NCBI GenBank assembly: GCA_977862235.1
Contig: OZ374561.1
Location: 806,001 to 870,000 of the forward strand
DNA length: 64,000 bases
Source of the DNA: Dudresnaya verticillata
Taxonomy: Eukaryota
Direction of reading: 5' to 3'
Under the pieces are notes generated by a model. That model did no database searches, was not told where the DNA came from, and worked only from the letters and a program-made list of their open reading frames with translations. Below are positions 32,223-42,298 of this stretch, in pieces. Each line of letters opens with the position of its first letter. Position 1 is the stretch's first letter. The position numbers were made by a program, and so were the translations under genes.

Positions 32223-32948
32223 CTACTCGTCGACAACGGCTACCTTTCCCGTGGTAATGTCGTACACGGCACCAACAATCTTGATATCGCCGTTCTTGTA
32301 GTACCTGGCCACAGCTGTATCGCCCTTCTTCAAGATGGCCACACCGTTCTTCACATTCCTGACAACAGCCGCCCCTATCTCATCAGGCTTCCCAATCTCG
32401 CCCTTGACCACGTCCGCAATAAGGCCCACATGATTCATCAGCGGGCTGCCACTAGCCCCCCCATTCTTCGCCGCGCCAACCGCCGCGCCAACAGCGCCGC
32501 ACATCGAGTGGCCCAGCACAATAACCAGCGGGACGTTGAGCGCATCCACAGCATACTCGAGCGACCCCACGACCGAGTCGCCCCACGCGACGTTGCCCGC
32601 GTTGCGCACCACGAAGACGCGGCCAAGCCCCGCGCCGAAGATGATCTCGGGCGCGACGCGCGAGTCTGCGCACGCGACGATGGCCGCGTCCGGCGCCTGG
32701 CCGTGCGCGGCCAGGTGCTCGCGCACGCGCGGCGACGAGCCGTCGCGCGGCGGCCGCGCGACGCCCGCCGCGTACTCGGCGTTGGCCACCAGCAGCGTCG
32801 AGAGGATCTGCGCGGCGCGCTGCGCGCCCGCCACGCCGGCCGTGGCGGCCGGGTGCGGCGCGCGGCGGCGCGCGCATGGCGCGCGAGGCGCGCGGCGCGG
32901 GCGCGGGCGCGGGAGCGCCAGGGGCGTTAGGAAGGCTGGCGGCGCCAT
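32223..32948 (-). CDS. Beta-class carbonic anhydrase, organelle-targeted
   Basis: CADSR, FVVRNAGN, SLEYAV, LGHSMCGAV zinc motifs. Transit-peptide-like N-terminus MAPPAFL from ATG 32948. Confidence 0.95.
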   Translation of the reverse strand: MAPPAFLTPLALPRPRPRRAPRAPCARRRAPHPAATAGVAGAQRAAQILSTLLVANAEYAAGVARPPRDGSSPRVREHLAAHGQAPDAAIVACADSRVAPEIIFGAGLGRVFVVRNAGNVAWGDSVVGSLEYAVDALNVPLVIVLGHSMCGAVGAAVGAAKNGGASGSPLMNHVGLIADVVKGEIGKPDEIGAAVVRNVKNGVAILKKGDTAVARYYKNGDIKIVGAVYDITTGKVAVVDE

Positions 32949-33128
32949 TGTGATGGTTGGGCGGGAGGTGGCGGCCGGGGCGTGCATTGAGGCGTGGCGA
33001 TGGCGGTGTGCGCGCAATGTGAGAGGTGTGCGGCGTGCGCGGTTTTGTGCTCCCTTTTTTGGTTTTTATAACGTTTGCTCGTGCGTTGGCAGCAGCGCCA
33101 CCGACGGTTTATTCGATAGGATCGGACG

Positions 33129-33158
33129 GTGTGTGTGTGTGTGTGTGTGAGAGAGAGA
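33129..33158. repeat. Compound microsatellite (GT)10(GA)5
   Basis: Direct reading. Confidence 0.9.
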
Positions 33159-34417
33159 TCATTCATCACGTATGAAGGTACGTTGGGAACGTTGTTCAAC
33201 ATATCTTACCTCAGGTCGTTTGGAACAAGCTTGTCGCGAGCACAAAGGAAGGCGATGCCAGGAATCGCCACAGTTGATGGCACAAGCGCTGCCGCTTGTT
33301 CCTCGGCGAGTGGACACCGAAGTCGACGCGATGTGGCGAGAAGGTGAAGGCAGCGGAGATCAAGGCTGGCGACCAACTCGCGTTGGAGCAAGCGCTCGAT
33401 TGGCCGCGCAGGCGTGCATTGCGCGACAACCCTAACGCGCGCGCACGCGCAGCACCGCCACCATATTTTGCCACCGTCCTAGCGACTGGCGAGCACGAGA
33501 ATCACTCACGCACCAGCGGAGCGCGCTTGGTCGCGCACCTGCCACACCGGCGCACCGGCGCCCCGCAGAGAGCATACACGCACGCATACCATACACCGTT
33601 GCAGCCCCTGCAGCCGCGCCCGCCAACCCCACATTGTGTGTGCGCGCGCGCGCGCACCGCGTCCCCCGCCGCCGCTGCCGCTGCCGCCCCGACGCCCCGC
33701 CACCGCCGCCGCGCGCGCATGTGCGCGCCGTACCGCGCCCGCCGCGCCGTGCGCGACCAGCCGCCGCCCCGCGCGCGCGCAGCCACCGCCTTGCGCAGCG
33801 CGAGCCGCGACTTCCGGCGACAGACGCTAGCCGCGTGGGAGACGCAGGAGGCGGTGGGCGGCACTGCGCCGCGCTTGTTTCCACTTTCCACCCCGCCGCG
33901 CGCCATAATTGTCGCGCGCGGAGCATTCTCTGTAATTGCTCGTCGCAACTGACCGGATGCGCACTCGGCATCCCACCGCACCACGCGCGGCTTGAAACGC
34001 GCCCACACAGCCCGCGCCGCGAAAAACAGCCGTTCTCCAACGCTGTCGCGCGCGCGTCCCGCGCGCCGTTCAAATTCGAAAACCGCGCGCCGAAACACCG
34101 CCCGCGCCGCCGAGCCGAGCCGCGCCGCGCCGAGCCGAGCGCGCACGCCGCCGACCCTCCGCCACCCCGCCGCGCGCGCCGCAACCGCCACCGCGCCGCC
34201 GCAACCAAACGTTCGTCGCATACCGCCGCGCAAAGCCCGCGCCCCGCGCGCGCGCACTCGCCCCGGCATCGCATCCGCGTCCACCTCACATCACATCACC
34301 CGCACGTCCGCGCGCGCGCCATGCCGAGCGCGCGCTGACCCGGTCCCGCCCCGCCCCGTCCCGTCCCGTCCCGCCGCCCGCCCGCCCGCACCCGCGCCCG
34401 CGCCCGCACCCACCGCC

Positions 34418-34453
34418 ATGCCGCCCACGCCCAAGTCGCCGCGCTTGTCGCCA

Positions 34454-34485
<32 letters not shown>

Positions 34486-35329
34486 GCCGCCCTTCCCGCC
34501 GCCGCCGCCGTCGCCCACGGCGGAGGCCGTGGCGGAGCTGGCCGCGCTCACCGTGCGCCTGTTCCCGCCGTCTGCCACGGCCGCCGTGGCAGACCTGTTC
34601 AACCGCAACCCGCGTCTGCAGCTACACCACCACCTGCCGCTGCTGGGCACCATTGTCGTGCGCCACGTCGCGCTCTCGCTGGCCGACGCCCCGCCGCCGC
34701 CGCCGCCGCCGCCGCCGTCGCCGTCGCCGTCGCCGGCGCCGTCGCCGCGCGCCGCGTCGCTACCGGACACCCGTCTGCCGCGCCCGCGCCCGCGCCCGCG
34801 CCCGCGTCCGCACGCCGCTGCCGCAGTCGCAGCCCCAAACCCAAACCCAAACCCACACCTGCACCGACACGCACACACACACCCCGCCGCCACCCCGCCA
34901 CGCAACCCCGCGTCCGCCCACCCGCGCCGCCGCGCCTCGTACCGCGAGCTGGCCTACGCCGCAGTGCGCCAACGCCACCTCGTCCCGTGTGCGCACCCGA
35001 TCCCGCCGGATCCTGGCGCTACCGCTGGGGCCGCCGACGCCGCACACTGCACCACTGCCAGTTTGACTAGAAAGTTGTCGCTGACGGTTACCAGGAGACC
35101 CAGGTCCGAGAGGACCCCGGCTGTTTTGCGACCGAGGCAGGTCGACGTCTTTCCGAGGGCCGACTTGTCGTCTAGTATTCAACCCGAGTCTTCGCGCATG
35201 CTCAAGCTGCAAGCACCGGATCTTGGCGATAAACGCAAACTCCCAGATAAGGCAAAGCTCAAACCGAGCCGTCTTGTTCAAATGAGAATGCACCGCTCGG
35301 AGAAGAAGAAGACCAAGTCGGTCAGATGA
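34418..35329 (+). CDS. Proline-rich hypothetical protein with basic C-terminus
   Basis: gccATG at 34418, open to 35329. Non-repetitive segments (AVAELAALTVRLF...LLGTIVVRHVAL; RRASYRELAYAAV) and falling GC toward the 3' end, like neighbouring genes. Confidence 0.55.
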
Positions 35330-35798
35330 TACCTCACTCTTTGTCAGCCTGCATGGCTTGCCGCTTGAGGACCACGCACAAAGGGACCTGCTTTTGCTTC
35401 AATCTCTGTCGCGCCTGTGCTTTACCAATTCCCCACTCGACAATCTGCCCACCATCATCCTGTGGGGCGCTTGTGCCATTGAGCAACCGATTGTTGTCTC
35501 AACCCTGCGGTGTTTGTTCTCGCCACCCTCGGCACATTTTGGACAATTTGGCATCACTACTACCACCGACTCACTTCGAAAGTCTTCGCTCTTTTGCACT
35601 TCCGATCGCAGCCTGCTGCTCTGCTGCTCTGCTGCGCTGCTGCGCTTTGCTATTTACGCCTACTAGCCAAGCTTGTGTATATTCTTTTCTTTTTTAAGCT
35701 TCCACAATGCATACCCACGATGATACCGCCATCGTAGCAAAACACTAAGTTATTCTTCATTAGCAATCATTTCGCACACAACAATATATCCACCTTGG

Positions 35799-38318
35799 CT
35801 AAACTAGTTGAGCCTCAGTCTCTCGTTGAATGAGCCCTCGAGCGAGCTTCTCCCAGCGCGCCTTGACATCTGAGCTCATGTCTGGCCCTTCAAGCGCATC
35901 AATCATCGCGTCCAACCGCATGATCCTCGCCCTCTTGTTCCCGGCAGGGCTATAAGGCGATGGCCCAAGCCCGCTCTTCGTGCTTCGCACCATCGCATGC
36001 TGAAACCGTCTCGTGTCATCCTTCGACACCGGGAATGGCCAAAACTCGGGCAGGTACTCATCTCCATGATGCCGTTCACACCACGCCCGCATTGCAAGCA
36101 GATATGATGCCTTCCGGTGGTACAAAATGGATGCCACATCTCCAGTCCACAGGTTCAACTCTAGCGAATTGGGATCAATAAACAGATCTCCGTCTACCGT
36201 AATCAGCACCTTCTTTCCCACGTGAATGTATCCAAGCTTTGGTAGTTTTGCCACCACATCAGGCCCCACGACGATGCGCCAGTGTATCGGTACGTTCTCG
36301 TTGTAGATCCGACCAAACTGCCTGTTGCCCACTCGCGGAGCTCCAAACGTTGAGACGAAGATTTCTTTCCGAGTCAACCCAAGCCTCAAGAACAAGTCTA
36401 TACTACAAACGGTTGCTAGAGCACCCCCCAGCGAATGCCCAGTGAGAAACACTGGTCTTCGTCTCTCGTCTTGCAGCTTTTTAATCATCGACAGCAACCT
36501 GGGCCCAACTGCCGCGTAGGCGACAGCAAACCCTTTATGAATTTTTGCCCGACGCCAGTCCCTTGTTTTCAAAATGGGGTTGTGCAACGAGGCCTGATCT
36601 CCCTCTTCATCTTCCTCGCCGAGTTTTGTTGGAAGCAACGAGCGAGCAGTGGAGTAGAACATATTGATATCAGTCTTCAAGTTTTTCGAAGAAGTCGTGC
36701 CTTTGAATGCAATAACAATGCGGTCGGCACCATCAATCACGAGAACATGTGTGTCTGTCGGTTCATCTTTGATGTAATCAGCGACGGTAAACTTGAAAAC
36801 ATCCTGAGTGAGTTTGAAGTTTTCGACCTTGGGTGTATCCCAATAATAAACCAACCACGCAAAGTTGAAAAGCGTGACATGAGTCTGCATGACAAAGCAA
36901 TGGACGCTGAGGTCTGGCACAACCCCGTGTAGTGAAGGGGGTTCTCGTTTGCGGTAGGTGATAGGTTCGAGCTCTGACAGCTCTGCACCATGCCCCTTCG
37001 GCATTTGCGGAGCAAACCATCCTTTGAAACCCAATGCATCCGCCGGTAGATTGACGTAGGCTTCAACGGTAGCATATGCAAGAAGTAGCAACTGGATACC
37101 AAGAACCATATCATGAACTTCAAAAAACGACATTCGGAGGCCACCCACAGTCAGGGCAAAGACATTAAATCCATTTGGAAGACCTGCGAGGACAACGATG
37201 TAAAGTGTCATGAACACTGTATAAAACATAATGTTATGGTAGACGAAAAACCGGAATCCAATCTGCTTGCTTCTGTAGTGGAGATAATCAGAGTTCTTTA
37301 AAACCGCTTTGGTCTTCTTATACTCCATGAAAATGTATCCTGCCAGTCCAAGTTCAAATACGAATGTCAAGGAGGCATAAACAACACCAGGTCGGTACCA
37401 GTTGTTCGCAGACGTGTAGAGCGAGAGCATCCCAATAAAGTTGGCAAACAACATTTCGGCGGGATGGACATCATACGAAAGACTTACTGCAATCTTAGAA
37501 GCCACGTATATCGAAAGGAGAACAACCTTGGGTAGGTAAAACCTCCAAGTGATCTTACTCTCCAATTTTCGATAAGAATGAATAGTCGCCCACACATAAA
37601 AGACAGTCGAAGCTGTGAAAGCACTGACCTTGACAATAGAGGAAACTTGCAGAAGGTCTTGGAACCATTTTTGCCTTCCCCACTGCCGCCAAACCTGGTC
37701 CCCGTACAGAAGAGTGTCATGGATTTTCAAGATGTTAGGCAAGGGATTGAAGTACAGAGCGATTGACACAAGCAGCATTATTACCCAGATTTGCTCCTTG
37801 GTTCTTGCTCTTGCATTCAAACAGAAGATTCTCCTAGAGAAAACCACACAGAGTGCGACAGCATAAATGAACATAGGGATTACCGCAACCTGGTTTATCC
37901 AGACTAATGAATCCGGAGGGTCGTATTGGCGAATATCGAAGGTCCATCCTTGATCTTTTGGGGTTATCCATATATCCAAATACGCCGTATTCATCAGGAT
38001 AATAATAATGAAGGTAAAAATAAATCCGAAGCCAACGAAGACGTGGTGGCATTGAAGAAGCTTCTCAACTTGCTTGGCCTGCACAACTTCTAACTTTGTA
38101 AACTGCTTTTTTTTCAGAGAACGGCTTCGATTCTCCCCAGTGTGGTCAAGAGTAACGTTCATAACATCCTCTCCATCGCTAGAGAGGTGTTCCGAAAACT
38201 TTTCATCGCTTCCGATGCTATGCCCAGACTTGCTTTTCTCAGCAACTTTGCTATTTTTCGGAAGACTTGGCTGGGGTGCAGACTCCTGATGGTCGATCGC
38301 GGGATTCTCAGAACCCAT
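35799..38318 (-). CDS. Multi-pass membrane protein (TMEM181/Wntless-like region) fused to a class 3 lipase
   Basis: About 8 hydrophobic helices with EQIWVIMLL..LYFNP and FYLPK. Lipase_3 motifs IVIAFKGT, HKGF, TGHSLGGALA, FGAPRVGN, DVVAKLP, YH..SYL. First ATG at 38318. Confidence 0.9.
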   Translation of the reverse strand: MGSENPAIDHQESAPQPSLPKNSKVAEKSKSGHSIGSDEKFSEHLSSDGEDVMNVTLDHTGENRSRSLKKKQFTKLEVVQAKQVEKLLQCHHVFVGFGFIFTFIIIILMNTAYLDIWITPKDQGWTFDIRQYDPPDSLVWINQVAVIPMFIYAVALCVVFSRRIFCLNARARTKEQIWVIMLLVSIALYFNPLPNILKIHDTLLYGDQVWRQWGRQKWFQDLLQVSSIVKVSAFTASTVFYVWATIHSYRKLESKITWRFYLPKVVLLSIYVASKIAVSLSYDVHPAEMLFANFIGMLSLYTSANNWYRPGVVYASLTFVFELGLAGYIFMEYKKTKAVLKNSDYLHYRSKQIGFRFFVYHNIMFYTVFMTLYIVVLAGLPNGFNVFALTVGGLRMSFFEVHDMVLGIQLLLLAYATVEAYVNLPADALGFKGWFAPQMPKGHGAELSELEPITYRKREPPSLHGVVPDLSVHCFVMQTHVTLFNFAWLVYYWDTPKVENFKLTQDVFKFTVADYIKDEPTDTHVLVIDGADRIVIAFKGTTSSKNLKTDINMFYSTARSLLPTKLGEEDEEGDQASLHNPILKTRDWRRAKIHKGFAVAYAAVGPRLLSMIKKLQDERRRPVFLTGHSLGGALATVCSIDLFLRLGLTRKEIFVSTFGAPRVGNRQFGRIYNENVPIHWRIVVGPDVVAKLPKLGYIHVGKKVLITVDGDLFIDPNSLELNLWTGDVASILYHRKASYLLAMRAWCERHHGDEYLPEFWPFPVSKDDTRRFQHAMVRSTKSGLGPSPYSPAGNKRARIMRLDAMIDALEGPDMSSDVKARWEKLARGLIQRETEAQLV

Positions 38319-39364
38319 GCTTGTGCCAAAAATAGTTTGGCGTCTTTGACTTTCAGCAAACCCTTTGGTCTGTTCAAGTCGGCCAGGTAGAATCAAGTAT
38401 AGGGGATTGGAGGTGTGGAGAAGTTGGCAGTCGCTTGAGGGAAGATCGATTTTTCGGAGCAATGGGGATGGAATAGTTTGCTCGGCTCTGGGAAAATGCT
38501 CACTCTCTCTAAGCGGGCCTAGCTTTATGCTACACGTCAAGGCCAAAATTCTGTTTCTGTCGTACAGGTTCCAGAGGCTTGAAATGCTGATTAAGTGTCC
38601 TCTCTAGAAAAGTGAATGGGGCAAGAAAATGCGACTGCTTGCACCTGATGTCGTTTGTCACGACAAAACGTGGAAGTGCGTGCGCCTTTCGAATGCTGGG
38701 TGTGCCTGAGCCTGGCTTTTGAGGACGCGGCACTCATCGGGTTCCATTTTCATCCTTCTGCGTACTGCTGAATGGGAAAATTTGAAGTCACAATAATGAA
38801 TCTACTCCTCGTTTTGTCATGTTCGGTCAGTTTGAGCCAGTGAGCATCTCAACTATGGTTAGGAATCCCATTTGGCCTAGTAATCAGAGGGATAGAATTT
38901 TCTCTACTGATCGCGTTGTTTACAAGGTTGAAACCGAGTAAAAGAAACAGTTAATCTTTTTTCCTTTGCATTACGCTGCGGAAGAAGAGAGTGTTAGGAA
39001 CCCATTCAAGGCCGATCGCGAAAGAATTCCTCTCTAGCCCTCTAGTACTAACAGTCTTGAGCCAAGAGAGCAACGTTAAATGAGGACCATATTAGTGTAA
39101 GCCATATGCCCAACAGCAGTTTGCATTACACAAGCGCAGGACCCCGCGCCACAGCAGCGGCCAGTCGCAAAGCAGAAATCTGCGAAAAAACATAGTCTCA
39201 AGAACGCCTTTCCCCCGATTGTCCATGGCACACTATCCGCTCTCGCCACACGCTTCTGCTCCCCTCACACTTGTCCAACTCGTCCAAGTGCATCGCCTTT
39301 GCGATCTCAATCTCTTCACGCAGTCTTCACGCACTAGTCCACGATCGCCGTGGCGAAGAAGAAA

Positions 39365-39601
39365 ATGAGCGGCGAGACGAAGGTTGCGGATGTGGCCGCT
39401 CAGCTGCAGCAGCGCATTCCACTCAACCGAAGCTCGTTCATGCGCTTCTATGACTGGTACCACAAGGCTTACATCAAGCCAGGTCGTTTCGCCCCGGTTG
39501 TGCATGTCATGGTGGGCGTTGGAGTTTTGGGATACGCGATCGAGTACCCACACATCAAGCACGAGCTGGAGGAGGAGAAGAAGAAAGCTACAGAAGTGTA
39601 A
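39365..39601 (+). CDS. ATP17: Mitochondrial ATP synthase subunit f
   Basis: YDWYHKAYIKPGRFAPVVHVMVGVGVLGYAIEYPHIKHE matches the subunit f pattern (Y..KYI...P..H...GY...Y.HLKHE). Confidence 0.8.
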   Translation: MSGETKVADVAAQLQQRIPLNRSSFMRFYDWYHKAYIKPGRFAPVVHVMVGVGVLGYAIEYPHIKHELEEEKKKATEV

Positions 39602-40216
39602 TTAGTGATGGCTTTGTCATGGAGGTCATGATGATGGCAGTATGGCGGGCAGCTGGGGCAGCAACTTGCGTGGTAGGTCATCTTACTTTACTGTTGTGCT
39701 CCTGAATCTTGCTCAACGAACTGTCGCCACTGTGAAGGTTCAACGCGAATCGCGAACCTGTCTGGAGGGACTGCGGCGCAGCTGGAGCGAAGGGCAAGAG
39801 TCATTGTAGGAATCACTTGGGGACTTTAAGCTTGCGTCATCTATGCCTTGCGACAATGGGCATCGGTGTACTGAGAATAAACTACCGAAACTGCGCAGTT
39901 CATTGCCTGCATAGGGATGTTTCGTGCTCGTCTTTGCCGTGCGCGACGACTGCCGAGCAATAAATAACAGCGCTATCTTGCTGCGCTTCCGGCTTCTGTG
40001 CCGTGCATGCTTAGCCCTGCTCGCTCGCGCCCATACGCAATGAAAAAACTGCTATCCGCGTTATCACCACGGTGCAGCAGATGCACACAGGTACATATCT
40101 TCAGTTATTAACAGCAGCGGTGGATGCGGCTTGGCGCTCCTGCCTTGACGGAGCCGGCGAAAAAAGGCAATACGCTTTCTCATCGCCGTGCAACCGATAC
40201 ATACGGAAACCTTTCT

Positions 40217-41626
40217 TCACTTTTGGGCAGTACTGGTGGCTGCTGCTTTGCGCTCCTGTCTGGACGGAGAGGGCAATCGGATTGTAGCACCAACCATGAC
40301 GTGATCAGAAGGCTCCGTGGCATCTGGGAACGGCCCTTCCACTGCGTCGCGTTTGGGAAGGCGGATAACGTCGACAATGTCGACATTTGGGGTGCAAAAC
40401 AGGTAGTCCAGGGTTTCAATGAACACCGGCTGATTCTCGACCTTTGCGTAGTTAGTAAAGTCAGGCTCTGATCCGAGAATCTCTCGGTAGGCGCTCTTCA
40501 TTGGCGAAAGCAGAGAGGGGAACCACTTCTCCGCTGGAGAGCCGTCCGGCGTGGACGACGGAAAATGCTCGTGGTTCGGGTCGACGTTACCACGCAGTAT
40601 CATGGCGTACGACTCGTCCTCGGGCTTGATGTTGAAGTCGCCGGCCAGCACACCGTGATCGTCGCCACACAGGCGCTGGAAGGTGCGCACGACCAGGGCC
40701 GAGTGGATGAGCATGACGGGCGGCGACCAGTATATGCACGGCATATGGTATGTGCCAACACAGATGCGGGCACCGTTGGTACGGCTGCGCAAGCGGGCGA
40801 AAATGAAACGATTGTAGCGGGCGCGGGCGTGCTCCCACGGCTCGCGGTAGGCAAACCGTGAGGGCTTCTTCCGGCCGAAAAGTGCAGTAGTAGCGCGGCG
40901 CAGACGACCAGACAGCTCCGCAGCAAGCCAGGCAAAGCCTTGCGGGCGCGGGCGACCCGGCCAGCGCATGGCGTCCGTGAGGCGCTCGATGCGCATGTCA
41001 ACGGCCTCGTACAAGTCGAGCGGGAAGGCGAGACCCTCGCCCATGTAGCCATTGAAATACGAGCCATGGGCAGCCAGGAGGAGATGAAAGCCGCGATTGG
41101 CGAAGAACGCATGCAGCGGGCCTGCCCAGGCGAGCGCAACCTCCTGCAGGCAAATGATAGAGCGCGAAGCGACGGGGGCCTCCAACTTTGCCAAAATGCG
41201 CTTGAGCCTTGCCGGGGCGGCAAGGTTTGCCGGATCGCAGGCGGGGAAGTGTGACGGGGCGGCGAGGTTGGGCGAGAGGAGGTTGTACGAGACGACACGG
41301 GTGAGCACGGGGGCGGAGACGGAGCGCATGGCAAACTGCTCCAGCTCGGGCGACGACGCGAACAGAGCGTCCGGGTCCGGGGCCGGCGGGCCGTCCGGCG
41401 GGACGGACGACGGCGGCTGCGACGGGCCGCGCAGCCCGCCGCGCGGGAAGGCTCGCGGGCGCGCTGAGAACGGGCGCGACGGGAGGCGCGGCGGCACCGG
41501 GCGCCAGCCGCGCAGCGCCATGCTTGGCACGGCCGGCGACGGGCGCAGCAGTACGTGCAGCGCCATCGGCGGCGACGCGTGGAATGACAGGCGCGGCGCG
41601 GCGCGCAGCGCCGCCGGGAACGACAT
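40217..41626 (-). CDS. Endonuclease/exonuclease/phosphatase (CCR4/nocturnin/PDE12/Angel-like), organelle-targeted
   Basis: VVSYNLL, ICLQEV, TYHMP, AGDFN, SAY, FTNY, TLDYLF, EPSDH motifs; long Arg/Pro/Ala-rich leader. Confidence 0.9.
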   Translation of the reverse strand: MSFPAALRAAPRLSFHASPPMALHVLLRPSPAVPSMALRGWRPVPPRLPSRPFSARPRAFPRGGLRGPSQPPSSVPPDGPPAPDPDALFASSPELEQFAMRSVSAPVLTRVVSYNLLSPNLAAPSHFPACDPANLAAPARLKRILAKLEAPVASRSIICLQEVALAWAGPLHAFFANRGFHLLLAAHGSYFNGYMGEGLAFPLDLYEAVDMRIERLTDAMRWPGRPRPQGFAWLAAELSGRLRRATTALFGRKKPSRFAYREPWEHARARYNRFIFARLRSRTNGARICVGTYHMPCIYWSPPVMLIHSALVVRTFQRLCGDDHGVLAGDFNIKPEDESYAMILRGNVDPNHEHFPSSTPDGSPAEKWFPSLLSPMKSAYREILGSEPDFTNYAKVENQPVFIETLDYLFCTPNVDIVDVIRLPKRDAVEGPFPDATEPSDHVMVGATIRLPSPSRQERKAAATSTAQK

Positions 41627-42243
41627 TGCCGGCGCGACGGGGTCGGGCGGTGGGCGCGGCGGTGGCGGGCAGATTGCGAGGGAGGGGCGGCGCGGGCGAT
41701 GGGGGCGATGCGGGTTGGAATGGGGCGGGGCGGGGCGGGGCGGGACGGGGCGGGGCGGCGGATTGATGGCGCGTCGAAGGCTCGGTTGGCGCTGCGCATG
41801 GCGGGCTCGCTGAGCTCGATGTGGGGGGGAATCGCGATCGGGGCGCGAACGGTGTGATCCGGATGAGGGGTCTTACAGGTGGCGCGGGAAGGAGGGAAGG
41901 GAGAAACTCGGGGAAGACGCGCGTCCCACGACGCGCGCTGTGGTTGGACGATTTGCGTGTTGTGCGTCAGCCGTTGGCGCGCCACCGCACCGTTTGGGGC
42001 CGAGCTGCAGCTCCGAACGTTGCAGCCGTCTACCGACCTGCGGAGGCACATCGCGCTGCGTCGCGGTCCAGTCCTCACCGATCCGTTCGCACTTTCAAAG
42101 GCGTCCGAAGGCGACCCAATCCGCCCGGCTGCAGCCCGCCCGACGTCTTGTGCGGCACGCTGCTCCGCTCCCGCCCAACCGCAACCCTCCGAACCGCAAC
42201 CCCCGGCCAAACCGCAACCCTCCCGAACCCACAACCCTGTCGG

Positions 42244-42245
<2 letters not shown>

Positions 42246-42275
<30 letters not shown>
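42246..42275. repeat. Poly-C tract (30 nt)
   Basis: Direct reading; about 24 nt upstream of the P4-ATPase ATG. Confidence 0.9.
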
Positions 42276-42298
42276 ACCCCCGCACCATCCCCGCCGCC

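Noticed and set aside
41879..42298. N-terminal extension of the P4-ATPase through the poly-C
   Set aside because: GTG start and a frame that depends on homopolymer length. The ATG at 42299 has good context and directly precedes the conserved N-terminal motif.
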